The notes under the pieces are model-generated. The model saw only the letters and a program-made list of their open reading frames with translations, was not told the origin of the DNA and did not search any database. A stretch of DNA of 63,781 nt, the filler included, from Phoronis australis (Eukaryota > Animalia > Phoronida), in NCBI GenBank assembly GCA_002633005.1. It is 8 parts of 8 records of this genome, joined end to end, with 100 filler letters (N's around TTAATTAATTAA, not from the genome) between each part and the next. Parts side by side here need not be neighbours in the genome. Positions count along the whole stretch, not along the records: positions 1 to 16,115 come from NMRA01001098.1; positions 16,216 to 27,632 come from NMRA01001695.1; 6 more parts are not named here. The stretch is one strand, 5' to 3'. Positions 13,331 to 24,304 of this stretch are shown here, one piece after another. Each line of letters begins with the position of its first letter. Position 1 is the first letter of the stretch. A program made the translations under genes and the position numbers.

Positions 13331-13924
13331 GTTGTGGTGTACGGGGAAAATGTACTTTGGCTATCGTACGCAGAGGTGGTTAGGCAAGAACAAGAGATGA
13401 GTCTTGACTAGTAAATTGAAGACTGTAAACGTTACATGAGGAGAACAACTCTTAATGCGGAAAAACCGCTGCTAAAACTTCTAATACTGCTCTTAAAACT
13501 GCTACTTGAAATACAAGTGAAAATGATATTTATGTAGAAACTAGAGAAACACGAATTAACCAATCAAATAAGACCACCAAATAAAGGATGCACTATGCTG
13601 ACAAACAAACAGTTCTAGGAATAGGATATATTACTCATCCTCTACTCTAAGAAAGTGGTGATTAACAACACGAGAAGGTTTTAGGACGTTGTTTTTTGTG
13701 GAATTCACCGTATAATTTTTACCTTTTGTTCATGCCCATGTCTTTTATGGTCTCCTCTCGTTCTTCTTCGTCGATATGCAATGAACGACACAATTTTTCA
13801 GTTACCTCTTTCTTGATTCTGTCTGAACATCATTTATTTCATGTTTTTTCTGGTTGATTCTATATAATGTTGTTTAGCTTTCTTTTGATTTTGATTGGAC
13901 AATAATTAAGCTCTTTTTGTCGTA

Positions 13925-15200
13925 TTAAGATTTCTTTCGTTTAGTACATTTACATATTTTGGAATATCTTACCAAAATAGTTGTTTCCGTCACTGAGTTG
14001 AGTGTTACTTTGGAGCCATAGACGTCTACCTCAAGTGCGTGAAAGCGCACTTGGTCAGCTTCCTTGATGTCAGTAGCAATTGCATGATTTCCCCATAGCT
14101 TGATCTCTGTACGGTTATCAAGTGTGACAGTTTTTCTTTTATAATGCGGTTCTTCTTTTAGATCAGAAACTTGTGAAACAGTTCCTGCGAATGAGCATCT
14201 TCGTTTTTTTGGAGAAGTTTTCAATTCTTCTAACGTTATGTATGGCGGTTTAAGGAATTCCTTAACTTTGTTTTCAGCAGCAAATTTATCTAGGTCGCTC
14301 CTAGAAAAATTAACACATTTTGCTATCTCAGTAAAAAATGGCTCACAGTTGTCCTTGTATGTGGACTTTACAAAATCTTTGATGCTAATTTCAGTGTTGT
14401 TAAATGCAGCAGCTCTAGCATCGAGTTTTGTTAATATAACCTCAATTATCTTCTCTCATGCCTCTGTTCCTCGCAGCTTTAGTGTTTTACAAAATCTTCA
14501 ACAGACACACACCATATGTGCGAGTGAACCTCCCTATTAACTCCTCTTCCACCAGTAAAAATAAAACATAGCTTTGGATCAAACCCAGCATCTAAAATTT
14601 TGTCAAACATTGCATAGCCACGAATACGAACATGGCGGTCTAGTTCCGCGACTTTCAAAACCTTCCCCACTTCAACATACATTTTCTCATCCTTATTAAT
14701 GAATTCTTAATCAATTCATCAAAAAGATTCACTCCCTTTAGCCTCTGCCCAGTATCAATGTTACTCAGCAGACAACGAATATCATTTTTCTTGCCTTTTA
14801 ATTTTGGAAACAAATGTGGATTTGTAAGTGCAGAACATCCACACGAACCCATCTTGTGGTATTCACAATCAAGAAACAACTCTCCCTCATTTTCAGTTGC
14901 TCAGGAAGAAACCTAGCAAAGTGTGAAATTCCTTGCTTTTTAATAAATGATCATTTTCCAAGAGCACTGAAAATTTCTTTGCATGACAGATAAGTAGAAT
15001 GATCAAATATGACATACGACACTGTATGACTAAAAACTGTCAGAAAATGGAACTCATCGAAATTGTTCTCGACATTTTGAGTCAATTCTTCAATGTTACA
15101 CTTGAAATTACTGATGTCTTGAATAAGTTGTTGAAGGTGAATATTGGTTGGAAAACCATTTGTAAGGAACACAGGAACGGAGAACTTCAATAATCAATGG
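13925..15200 (-). pseudogene. Fragmented, apparently intronless ORF block ending in an OB-fold (RPA/HIN-like) single-stranded nucleic-acid-binding domain
   Basis: Open reading 14456-13925 includes FLKPPYITLEELKTSPKKRRCSFAGTVSQVSD..KRKTVTLDNRTEIKLWGNHA..IKEADQVRFHALEVDVYGSKVTLNSVTETTI. Upstream pieces are in different frames. Confidence 0.6.
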
Positions 15201-15557
15201 CATCGACTGAAATGCATTCTAGCAAAATGTGCTCTTGAAACTAATTTTTTTACAAAAATGAAACTAATTTTTTTTACAAAAATGAAACTAATTTTACCTA
15301 TTTCACATTTTTCTGTTCAAGATCTCTGTCCAATTAATGAATTAATCTTGTGGTTACCATTTTGACACAAATGTAGTCCACCCTACATACTTCAAGTGAA
15401 ATTGGTTAGATTGTTCGTAATGTGTTGGTTAGATTTCCTAAGTTAGAATCCAACAATGCCAGGTTTGGGTAACTGTAGCAGATCACTAACACAACAACAG
15501 GTGGAACAGGAAACTTAATATTAACAGTTATGTTCAATGAGAGTCAACACAACAACA

Positions 15558-16115
15558 TATTTTCTACAGCGACTTCTCCACTCATGTCTTTAAAGACCAA
15601 AAGTGACTAGTAAGTTCCCACATATTCATCGTTATTTCCTTTCCCATTGTTGGCCCGCTCTACTACCATGTGTAGTGTGTGTTTGTGTCCTTGTCTTGCA
15701 CGTTAACATTAGCGTCAGCCTTATACAAAACACTCTGCTACACCATGAAGTGCTGTCAGCCTATGGTCTCCTCACGTTCTTCGTCGATCTGCAATTAACA
15801 CAATTTTTCAGTTACCTCTTTCTTGATTTTGTCTGAACATCATGTATTTCATATTCTTTCTGGTTGATTTTATATAATGCTGTTCAACTTTCTTTTGATT
15901 TTGATTGGAAAATAATTAAGCTCTTTTTGTCGTATTAAGATTTCTTTCGTTTAGTACGTTTACATATTTTGGAATATCTTACTAAAATAGTTGTTTCCGT
16001 CACTGAGTGCAGTGTTACTTTGGAGCCGTAGACGTCTGTCTCAAGTGCGTGAAAGCGCACTTGGTCGGCTTCCTTGATGTCAGTAGCAATTGCATGATTT
16101 CCCCATAGCTTGATC
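15558..16115. repeat. Deleted or chimeric partial copy joining pieces of the ankyrin unit and the OB-fold 3' region
   Basis: Matches ~12495-12580, ~12972-13085 and ~13747-14105 in order, then ends at an assembly gap. Confidence 0.8.
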
Positions 16116-17095
16116 NNNNNNNNNNNNNNNNNNNNNNNNNNNNNNNNNNNNNNNNNNNNTTAATTAATTAANNNNNNNNNNNNNNNNNNNNNNNNNNNNN
16201 NNNNNNNNNNNNNNNTCTGCATATTAGACATGTATATTGCATCATACCTCATCAGAGTTAAACTTGTTATCAATCATAGTAGAAACATTTAGTTTTATCA
16301 TTGCCACAAGACGTTAACAAACGCAGTCAGTGTCTGTAACTGTTGTGTCTACATTGCTGATGAATTAAAGTAGGTCTAATTCCATTTTTATATCACTGAT
16401 TCATGCCAAAGGCTTGAAATTGCGCCCCCTTAAGAGTTTTGACTTGCCCTGGTGATCACTAGAATCCGATGCAATAAACTTATAGAAGTTGCTTTTTAAC
16501 CAGGGCAATAGAGCTGAAATTTTTGTGCGTTTTCGTTTGCGAGTGTTCTTTTTGAATCACTGGGTTAATAATTTTTACGCTCTACATGAAAACACAGACA
16601 AGTTTTTTAGGATTACCTGTACCAGGTTACCCCGAAAATATTATTTTCAAAGCTTTACCCCCTGGAGTATACGCGAAACGCCAATAATTGTGTTCTTACG
16701 CCAAAGGGCTCGGAAGGCTCTAGCCTTGGTGCGAAGGTGTTTACTAAATTAAATATACAAATTTGTGCCGTTGTGGGTAAAAACTGACCGAATAAAATCT
16801 TCCTAGAATTATCTAAATTATTTACCAGCGTTGCAAAATTTGGTTTTCTTCAATTATTCTGCTGCTAAAATTAGGGTATAACCTTTTGCGTCGACTTTCG
16901 ACACCTATTAGTCAGTTTCTTTTTCCCAGATTCTTCAGTCAAACGTTCTCCCTCGAGGTTACGTAAACGTCAAGACAAATGATCAGAATTGGTTTCACTT
17001 CATTATATGTTTTTGGAATTTTGATATCAGTGAACCAAATTTTGCTGAGATGTTGTCACCATTTTATGGGAGATGTTGAAAACATTTTGAAAGTG

Positions 17096-17470
17096 GCGCG
17101 TTTCACGAATGAACTCTTTTCAAAACGACGACATACGTTTTTTCGTTACAAAAGGCAGAGAATTACGCAAGAAGATGGCGTCGGATGTTTTTCGTTTAAG
17201 CGGCCGTAACAGGCAACTTGAATGCCAATTGGCTTCCAGAGTTTGCATGCAAACTCGCCGGTCTTGAGCTCATGTTGTTACAATCTTAGGCGCGTGTCAC
17301 GAATGAACTCTTTTCAAAACGACGACATACGTTTTTTCGTTACAAAAGGCAGAGAATTACGCAAGAAGATGACGTCGGATGATTTTCGTTTAAACGGCCG
17401 TAACGGGCAACTTGAATGCCAATTGGCTTCCGGAGTTTGTATGCAAACTCGCCGGTCTTGAGCTCATGTT
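17096..17470. repeat. ~194 bp tandem duplication
   Basis: CACGAATGAACTCTTTTCAAAACGACGACATACG...GCCGGTCTTGAGCTCATGTTG occurs twice. Confidence 0.85.
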
Positions 17471-18309
17471 GATACAAGCTTTTCGACGAGGTGACAAGCG
17501 TGCATGTAACTATCCGGGCTGTGTGAAATTTCGAGGTCTGTTTGAGCTCAATACGCAGTGGCACCTTGGTGTATTTTGGAAATAGTCTTCACAGCTAGCC
17601 GGCTAGATAGGAAGGCTCTAGCTTCGGAAAATTTTTTACTGCGAAAGTGACAACAATTTCAGAATGATGATGGATGATGGATTACACTATAAACCGATCA
17701 CAGTCTTCCGCTTTCATGCGCCCATGATTTAATATCGGCGCTATGTTCAAACCATTGTTTATATTGTTCCTAAAATAAACTTGGGTTCTATTGCTGTACC
17801 AACATATTAAGAAATTATACAGAAATAAACAATAATTATCTGTGGTAAAGCGCAATATACAGCGTGATGAAGTGATGATCAAGAGCAATAACGGATGAGC
17901 GCAAATGCGTGCTGCTTGTTGAGCAATCCGCGGCATGAAAACATTTGAGGTCGTAAAATATCCAGTGTTGTATTCTGATTTTTATGCAATTTTGCTGTAA
18001 ATTTCAAATTTCGTGCTTGTTTTATGCATAATGCACTGCATAAAAAGTCTGATATCTAAAGTTAGAAAGTAATTTTCCGCTATATCACTTAACGTTTGAT
18101 TTTACCACGCCGTCATTAATTCAACATAAGGTTTTCGGCTTGTGTAATGCCACGCACTTCGTATTTGTAGGTTGATTCGATTTTACCTCCTTTTAATAGT
18201 TGAACAAAATTTGATAAACCGATGTCAAGACCGGAGTTGCCACTGGTAAACGAACAGCGAACAGTTAAATGTTTGTTTGTCCAAAGTTCACCCCCTAAGT
18301 CATAAAATG

Positions 18310-18670
18310 GTAATTGCCGACCAAGGACACGCTTAATCCGAATTGGTCGTCTACGCTAGGCGAAGTGCCGACCACAGAGGCGACTAAGCAGACGGCTCCT
18401 AGCCGACCGTTGTTGGTCGGCTGCTGGTCGGCTACTGAGACGACCGGTCGACGGTCGGTCGTCGACCAATTTCCGACCGGTCGGCCAAAAATTCGTGATG
18501 TGTGCTGTATTTGCTGGGAGCCACAGCTGAAGTACACGTAGAATTGTTTGCTTGTACACTCTGATGCAGCATCCAGAAGCGGATACAGATCGGCTAGACG
18601 ACCGGTCGACGGCCGGTCGTCGACCAATTTCCGACCGGTCGGCCAAAAATTCGTGATGTGTGCTGCCTAC
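18310..18670. repeat. CCGAC/GTCGG-rich palindromic repeat with a 159 bp-spaced internal duplication (MITE-like)
   Basis: GACGACCGGTCGACGG(T/C)CGGTCGTCGACCAATTTCCGACCGGTCGGCCAAAAATTCGTGATGTGTGCTG at ~18438 and ~18597. Confidence 0.7.
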
Positions 18671-19675
18671 ACTATGTTGAACTCGGCACTCGGATACTTT
18701 GTGAGGGTGAATTTAACTACATTGGCCAACATTGATTCGCCGTTGTCGAGCCAATACAGGAACACGAAACCACGCTGATCCGATGATATTCCAAACATAA
18801 ATGTCTGATTGATGTTAACGTGCTTAACGATTTCTTTCGTCTCATGTCCGGAGTGTCATTCTAAAGTACAGGCACGAACTTATGCCGATTAAACTTCCTA
18901 AAAACCGAATGGAAAGGATTCATTTTGCAACCGAACTAATAGAAGATTTTCATAATTTGCCGATTTTCATCGTCTTAAAATTATTCAGACCAAAAGTTTT
19001 TGCATGGATTAGTAGAGAACACCTGCAAAACGAATCTGTCGTGCGAAAGGGTTACTTATTCACTTAAGCTCATACATAATTCATCCCATTCTTTCTCGGC
19101 AACGCAACGTACTCATTAGTCTTCCTACATGTAGGAGCGACTATAGCGGAGTTTCCCAGCCACACATCCCCAAAGACATATAGCTAAAGACAGGCACCCT
19201 GTTGTTGAAAGCATAGACTCGTGATTTGATGCTCAACGTGTAGTCAACGTTTAGGTAAAATTTACAACAAAAAATCACTATGACTACGCTTGTACCAAGA
19301 ATGGGATGCGAACGCGGGTTGCGGTCCGTAATGAAGTGTACAAAGTGGTAGTGACATTCGAAGTGATCAACATGGGGAGTTTGTGGACGTTGGTCGTGTT
19401 CCTGTGTTTTATGCTTCTTAGATGAAGAGCAAAAACGAGTTGGTAACTCGTGCGACCAGTTTCCCAAAAGGTTACGTCATTAAATCGTAACAGTTCAGTG
19501 AAACATGGTCCATAAGCCAATTTGTAATTCTTGTCAGTGCATTGCCTTATACGGACCGTATCCCATGTTGACATATCACTTTCTGTACTAGCATGGCCAT
19601 ACTATTTTGTTATTTTTTTGTAAATTTTGACCCCTTCAAGTTGATCATCAAACCATAAAGTCGTACCATCATAGA

Positions 19676-19996
19676 TCACAGTACACGATCTGGCCTTTTT
19701 CCATGGAAAATGTCCGCACACAGGTCAGGATAATCGTTTAGAAGGAAGTCATAAATGAACTCCATTCTCACTCCCTGCTCAATCTCTTTAAGATGAAATT
19801 CCCCAGGCGCCACCCTTATGTCATGTCCGCACGTGTGCATGACAGCCACACACGCCTCCTGTTGGTGGTTAGCTACAAAGCCTGGACTTCCTGAGCTGCC
19901 ATTGCCGAATTTAGAACTGGATTGGTAAAGCGCTCGCCGTGCGTCTGTTATGTTTTTGAACATCTCTTTTTCATATTTCCTGTGTAGCCCAAGGAG
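19676..19996 (-). CDS. FAM111: FAM111-like trypsin-fold serine protease, last exon (catalytic Ser)
   Basis: Acceptor tacttacag|CTC, phase 0. LYQSSSKFGNGSSGSPGF..VAVMHTCG..IEQGVRM matches the FAM111 C-terminal pattern. Stop at 19676. Confidence 0.85.
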   Translation of the reverse strand, partial: LLGLHRKYEKEMFKNITDARRALYQSSSKFGNGSSGSPGFVANHQQEACVAVMHTCGHDIRVAPGEFHLKEIEQGVRMEFIYDFLLNDYPDLCADIFHGKRPDRVL

Positions 19997-20423
19997 CTGT
20001 AAGTATAACAATGTGACTTCAGTTGTAAATGACAGGTGAAAACATGTAACGTGTCGGTCACTGATGTAAGCAAACTATGACTGCCGATTATTGAAATAGT
20101 ACAATATTCTAGTTACAAAAAAGGGTTTAATTTTAAGAGTGTTTTTAAAAGGCATAAAATACATAACTTGTTTCCAAGAGTTTAACCCATATGTCTATGC
20201 TCCTTTTTCCCTGAATTCAAGAGAACGACTGACATGTTTAAATTCAGTGACATGGGTATTTTAAAAGCATTCAGCTGACAAATGTCCAGTAATCCTACCG
20301 TTATAAATCTCACCCTACAATGATCTATATAACTAGCCGAATTGGTTTTATTTAAAAATGGACAAAAGTATATTGTAGGTCACATTCCATTCATTCCGAA
20401 TGACATAGTAAATGTTATCGCAC

Positions 20424-20749
20424 CTTTTCTATATTTTGTGACGATGTACAATCATAGTCAATAGTACACATCGTATCCAAAACTTTCCCATCGCCAACTG
20501 GATGTCCAACAAAATGAATATATCGCTGTGCATCAATAGTCGCAAACTCAGTAATAGGCGGCGGAAGTGGGCATTCACTGATCTTCAGACATCGATTGAA
20601 GGCTATTGGAAGTGATGCCTCGAAATTGAGGTCTAAGACGGCAACATCGAGGTCCTCGCAATGAGCCAATATGGCGCGGATAGGCACTGCAACGACACCG
20701 TCCACTTGACGAGGCTTGTTAGAATGAAACAGAGCCACGTTATGCTCGG
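20424..20749 (-). CDS. FAM111: FAM111-like protease, internal exon (catalytic Asp)
   Basis: ttttatag| acceptor (phase 1) and AAG|GTGCGA donor (phase 0). Contains EDLDVAVLDL and IHFVGHPVGDGKVLDTMC. Confidence 0.85.
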
Positions 20750-21825
20750 CTATAAAATACACATTAGAAATGATCAACAAACAGTTCAGAGCTTTTAGGT
20801 TGTTACATACTACCTAAACAAGCAGACTACAACCAAAAGATTCTGTTACTCGAAGATACATGACAGAAGCTGTTAGGGTGTAGTGTAACACTGTTTCACT
20901 TGTAATGGGTGGGATTATAATGCCCGACAATGGAAGTTGAAAAGTACAAATTGAAACATTGTTTTTCTCGTCTCTTAGCCTCTAGTGGCTGTCAATAATA
21001 AGGTTTATCAACTCATAATGCATTATAGAACGCACTAAATGACTCCAATTAACGTGTTATGTAGATTATCCCACATACATAGAAATACTACTGTCACATC
21101 CTATCCAGAATTCATTTCATCTGGGAATGTCCGGGATGAGATGTTTTGTTGCTGTGTGCTTTGGCTTGTTGTTATATGACGTCATATCCATGTCAAGCCT
21201 ACCTGCGCCTGTACAGCGATAGGTGATCTGTGAGGCTTAACAGCTAGTTCAGTTTTATTTCATACTGAATTGATAAGAACTTTCAGTTTTTGAGATATTC
21301 AAGTAAAAAAGATCAATAATTTAATAATAAATGTTAGTCGGGAACTTTGATACAATCTCTCCGGAAGTATAAAAGTTGATCAGTTTTGCTAGCAGCAGTT
21401 GGTCGCTTTAGCTTTGATGAATTTCGTAGTTTTCTAGGTCTATTTTCCTGCCTTAGGTTCTGAAACAGAACTAGTATTAGAAATGCTTCCCCTTGATGCC
21501 TTGATGGAAGAACTGGAAAGTAACGGTGGAAACTGTGCTGTGTTTGAAGTATTAGGAAAGTATGTCAAAAAGTAGTATTACGCTACCAGGAGAGCCGAGG
21601 AACGCTGCGAGCGCACGCTTGTGTCGGTAAAAAGGCGGATATTCGATGTTAGGTAGCATTTCTTTGTGAATATCTTAGTTCTCAGTGTACAGTAGATATA
21701 CTACACATAAATGCTTCCATAAGAAAACGTTTTCGTTCGATTTGACTGTGCTGTAATAGTGTTTCATGGAATATAAAAGGCACCAAATGACTCCACTTGA
21801 ACGTGCAAAACCTTTTGGTCCTTTA

Positions 21826-22369
21826 AACAAGGAAAGGAATCAACAATTAGTCGAACATGGCGGGACTTCAAAGCTAGTCGACTGGACTGCTAAACCAAAT
21901 TGGCGGTGATCAAAACAGTTGTTCGAACTTCAAAACCGAATGGTCGCACCCAAAAAATAGTTGGCTGGACCAAAAACAGGATGGCCGGTCCCATAACCAG
22001 TTGTCCAGAGATCAAACACGACGGCTGACTTCCTCAGAGACTCCCTTTTAATTTCTCAAGGATTCAAGTGATATCTACTGTCTGTGCACCCGCCAACCCG
22101 TTTTAGGTCTGGCGAACCATTTTTTTGTGTGCGGCCATCTGGTTTTAAGGTCCAACCACCACGTTAGAACAAGGGGAATTTTATTTTGCAGTCATGCCAA
22201 CTTGTTTTGAAGTCCAGGGAAGTATTTTTTAAGTCCAGGCAAGTGGTTTTGAAGTCTGGGCAAGTGGTTTTGAAGACTGGGCAAGTGGTTTTGAAGACTG
22301 GGCAAGTGGTTTTGAAGTCTGGGCAAGTAATTTTGAAGTCCGACCATTTGTTGATTCCCCCTCCTTGTT
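21826..22369. mobile_element. Intronic MITE with ~30 bp imperfect TIRs and subterminal 21-bp repeats
   Basis: AACAAGGAAAGGAATCAACAATTAGTCGAAC versus the inverted GTCCGACCATTTGTTGATTCCCCTCCTTGTT. A (GGGCAAGTGGTTTTGAAG(A/T)CT)n array lies at ~22195-22340. Confidence 0.7.
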
Positions 22370-23684
22370 GAAGCTGCTTTCGCCCCCTGTTGAGTGAGAT
22401 AAACACGAAAATAGAATTAGGCATTGTATTCCCGTGAAATCAGTGTCGTCAGATTATTTGTCGTGATAAAATTCTTTCTACTACAACGGAAAATATGGAA
22501 ACCAAGAAAACCCTTCCAACGTTATTACAGTTGGCCTTATAGACAGTACACAGACTGGGCGGGCAGAACACAGATACATGGAGCTCAACTTGTCAACGTA
22601 TGACGCCATATTGGAAAGTGTGACACAAAACAAAATGTCGCAAAACACTCTGGCTGAGACACCTACAACATCAGTCAGGAAATATCCGGGGCTCGGTGTG
22701 TTACGTGTATGCCTGCAGCCAAAGAGTTGAGTGTATTGGTCCTACCATTGAATCATAGCTTTTTTGGTTCTGTCATAGAGTTTAGTGGTGCTGCTTAGGT
22801 TCTGTCACCGTAGTTTAACCAGTGTAACCATGCGTTGTTTCCACTCAAGTCTAGTTTTGTTGACTAAGATCATATCAAATTAATTTAAAAAATAATTATT
22901 GGCCAGCACATTATGTTATCGAATTATGATGCTGTTTGTTAATTGTACTTGAGTAAATATGTGGTATTAATGACAATGATATGTTTTTACTTGTACTAAA
23001 CTGAAAAACAGAATCTGCATCATGATGCCCGACACTCATCCAAATCAGTACATCTACGTGAGTAACATATTTTTATTGAAATACGTACTGCCTTAAAAAC
23101 ACTTTCTGAATATATATTCCCTAATCAGATGTTTTTATGTTGTATAAAGATAAATCCACAGTCTGTACTTATGTCGCACTACTTTGCTTGCCAACAGTTG
23201 TTTTGTGACTTAAAAACTGCGTAAAAAGTGCAAAGTAACAAAACTAGCAAACCTGCACAACTGAGCTATGCACACGACTTATACTCAATTATGAAGAATT
23301 TTAAACTCGAAACCGAGTGGAAATATTTCCATCGGAGCCGGTGTTCATTAAACAATGACCCAGTGAAAAAATGACTATGGGTAGTTTTTTCAAGGGGTAT
23401 AAATTCAATGTGAAGAATTTGCCACTCGTGAATATTACGGTCAAAAGTTGGAATATGGTAAGCATGGCGCTACTAACACGTAGTGTACACACAAGGTAAT
23501 ACAACACAGTCACTGAATGTCCTGACGCTCACTTAAGACTGGCCTTCTAGTTAGATAAGATACAACGGTGTTTATAAATGTACCTGAATCCCAATAGTTT
23601 CAAAACAACAGATCGCTATACAGCCCTACATTTTTATTTGTGAACAAAATGCCTTAATTCAAACAATTGCAAGTTCGTACTTAC

Positions 23685-23915
23685 GTTCATGACTAAGTTC
23701 TTTTAAAACATGACAGTTTGTCATGACGTAAGTTGGACCAACACGGAACCCAGATCCCACTCCTGTCCGGTCTGCTCTTGCCAATAAGGCTACAGATTGG
23801 AGAGCGTCAGAAAGAGACTTGTGTAACTCCGCCCACATCACGTTCTTACCAGGAGCATGGAATTGTGTTGTTGAACCGGTTAATTGTGTAGGAGACTGTA
23901 GGAGTGGGAAGTAAT
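23685..23915 (-). CDS. FAM111: FAM111-like protease, internal exon (catalytic His)
   Basis: ttttccag| acceptor and C|GTAAGT donor (phase 1, compatible with the 20749 exon). QSVALL..GVGSGFRVGPTYVMTNCHVL. Confidence 0.88.
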
Positions 23916-24015
23916 CTGGAAAATATAGAGCTGGTTCATGTAGGAACTCTTACGCTGAAACTGGAATAGGAACAGAAATTCTTTTATCAAAATTGACTCC
24001 TTCCTTAAACTTTAC

Positions 24016-24304
24016 AGTTCCCTGACTGCCTGGTAACCACCTCCAGTATGTCCAAGTCGCCGTCGTTTCTCTTGTTTACTGTAATTGTGATCTGTCCCTT
24101 ACCGACGGCGATGGTTTGGCCTTTTGAGTAGGCATAACGTTCGAGCATTGAACCTAACTGCTTATCAGACGGGGCAGCACTCGCCCCCAGACATTGATCG
24201 GATGAACCCGCAGTCGCTCCTTCAGGCACATGGGGTTTCATTTCACCACCACACTGGACACTTTGCTCCATTTTTCTGGATCGACAAGTCTGTTTCATGT
24301 GTTC
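24016..24304 (-). CDS. FAM111: Probable N-terminal exon of the FAM111-like protease (3' boundary 24016 or 24103)
   Basis: 97 aa ORF behind a ccctccag acceptor, ATG at 24298. Two phase-1 donors (T|GTAAAG, G|GTAAGG) are both compatible with the next exon. Confidence 0.55.

Noticed and set aside
13333-13670. TG...CA segment as a solo LTR
   Set aside because: No target-site duplication or second copy found.
16116-16215. Recurrent TTAATTAATTAA within N-runs (also ~27680, 40440, 49490, 52540, 57530, 60895)
   Set aside because: Artificial six-frame-stop contig linker from the assembly, not a biological repeat.
22164-22424. ORFs with TCPDFKT / QVVLKSG heptads
   Set aside because: Translation of the 21-bp subterminal repeats of an intronic MITE.
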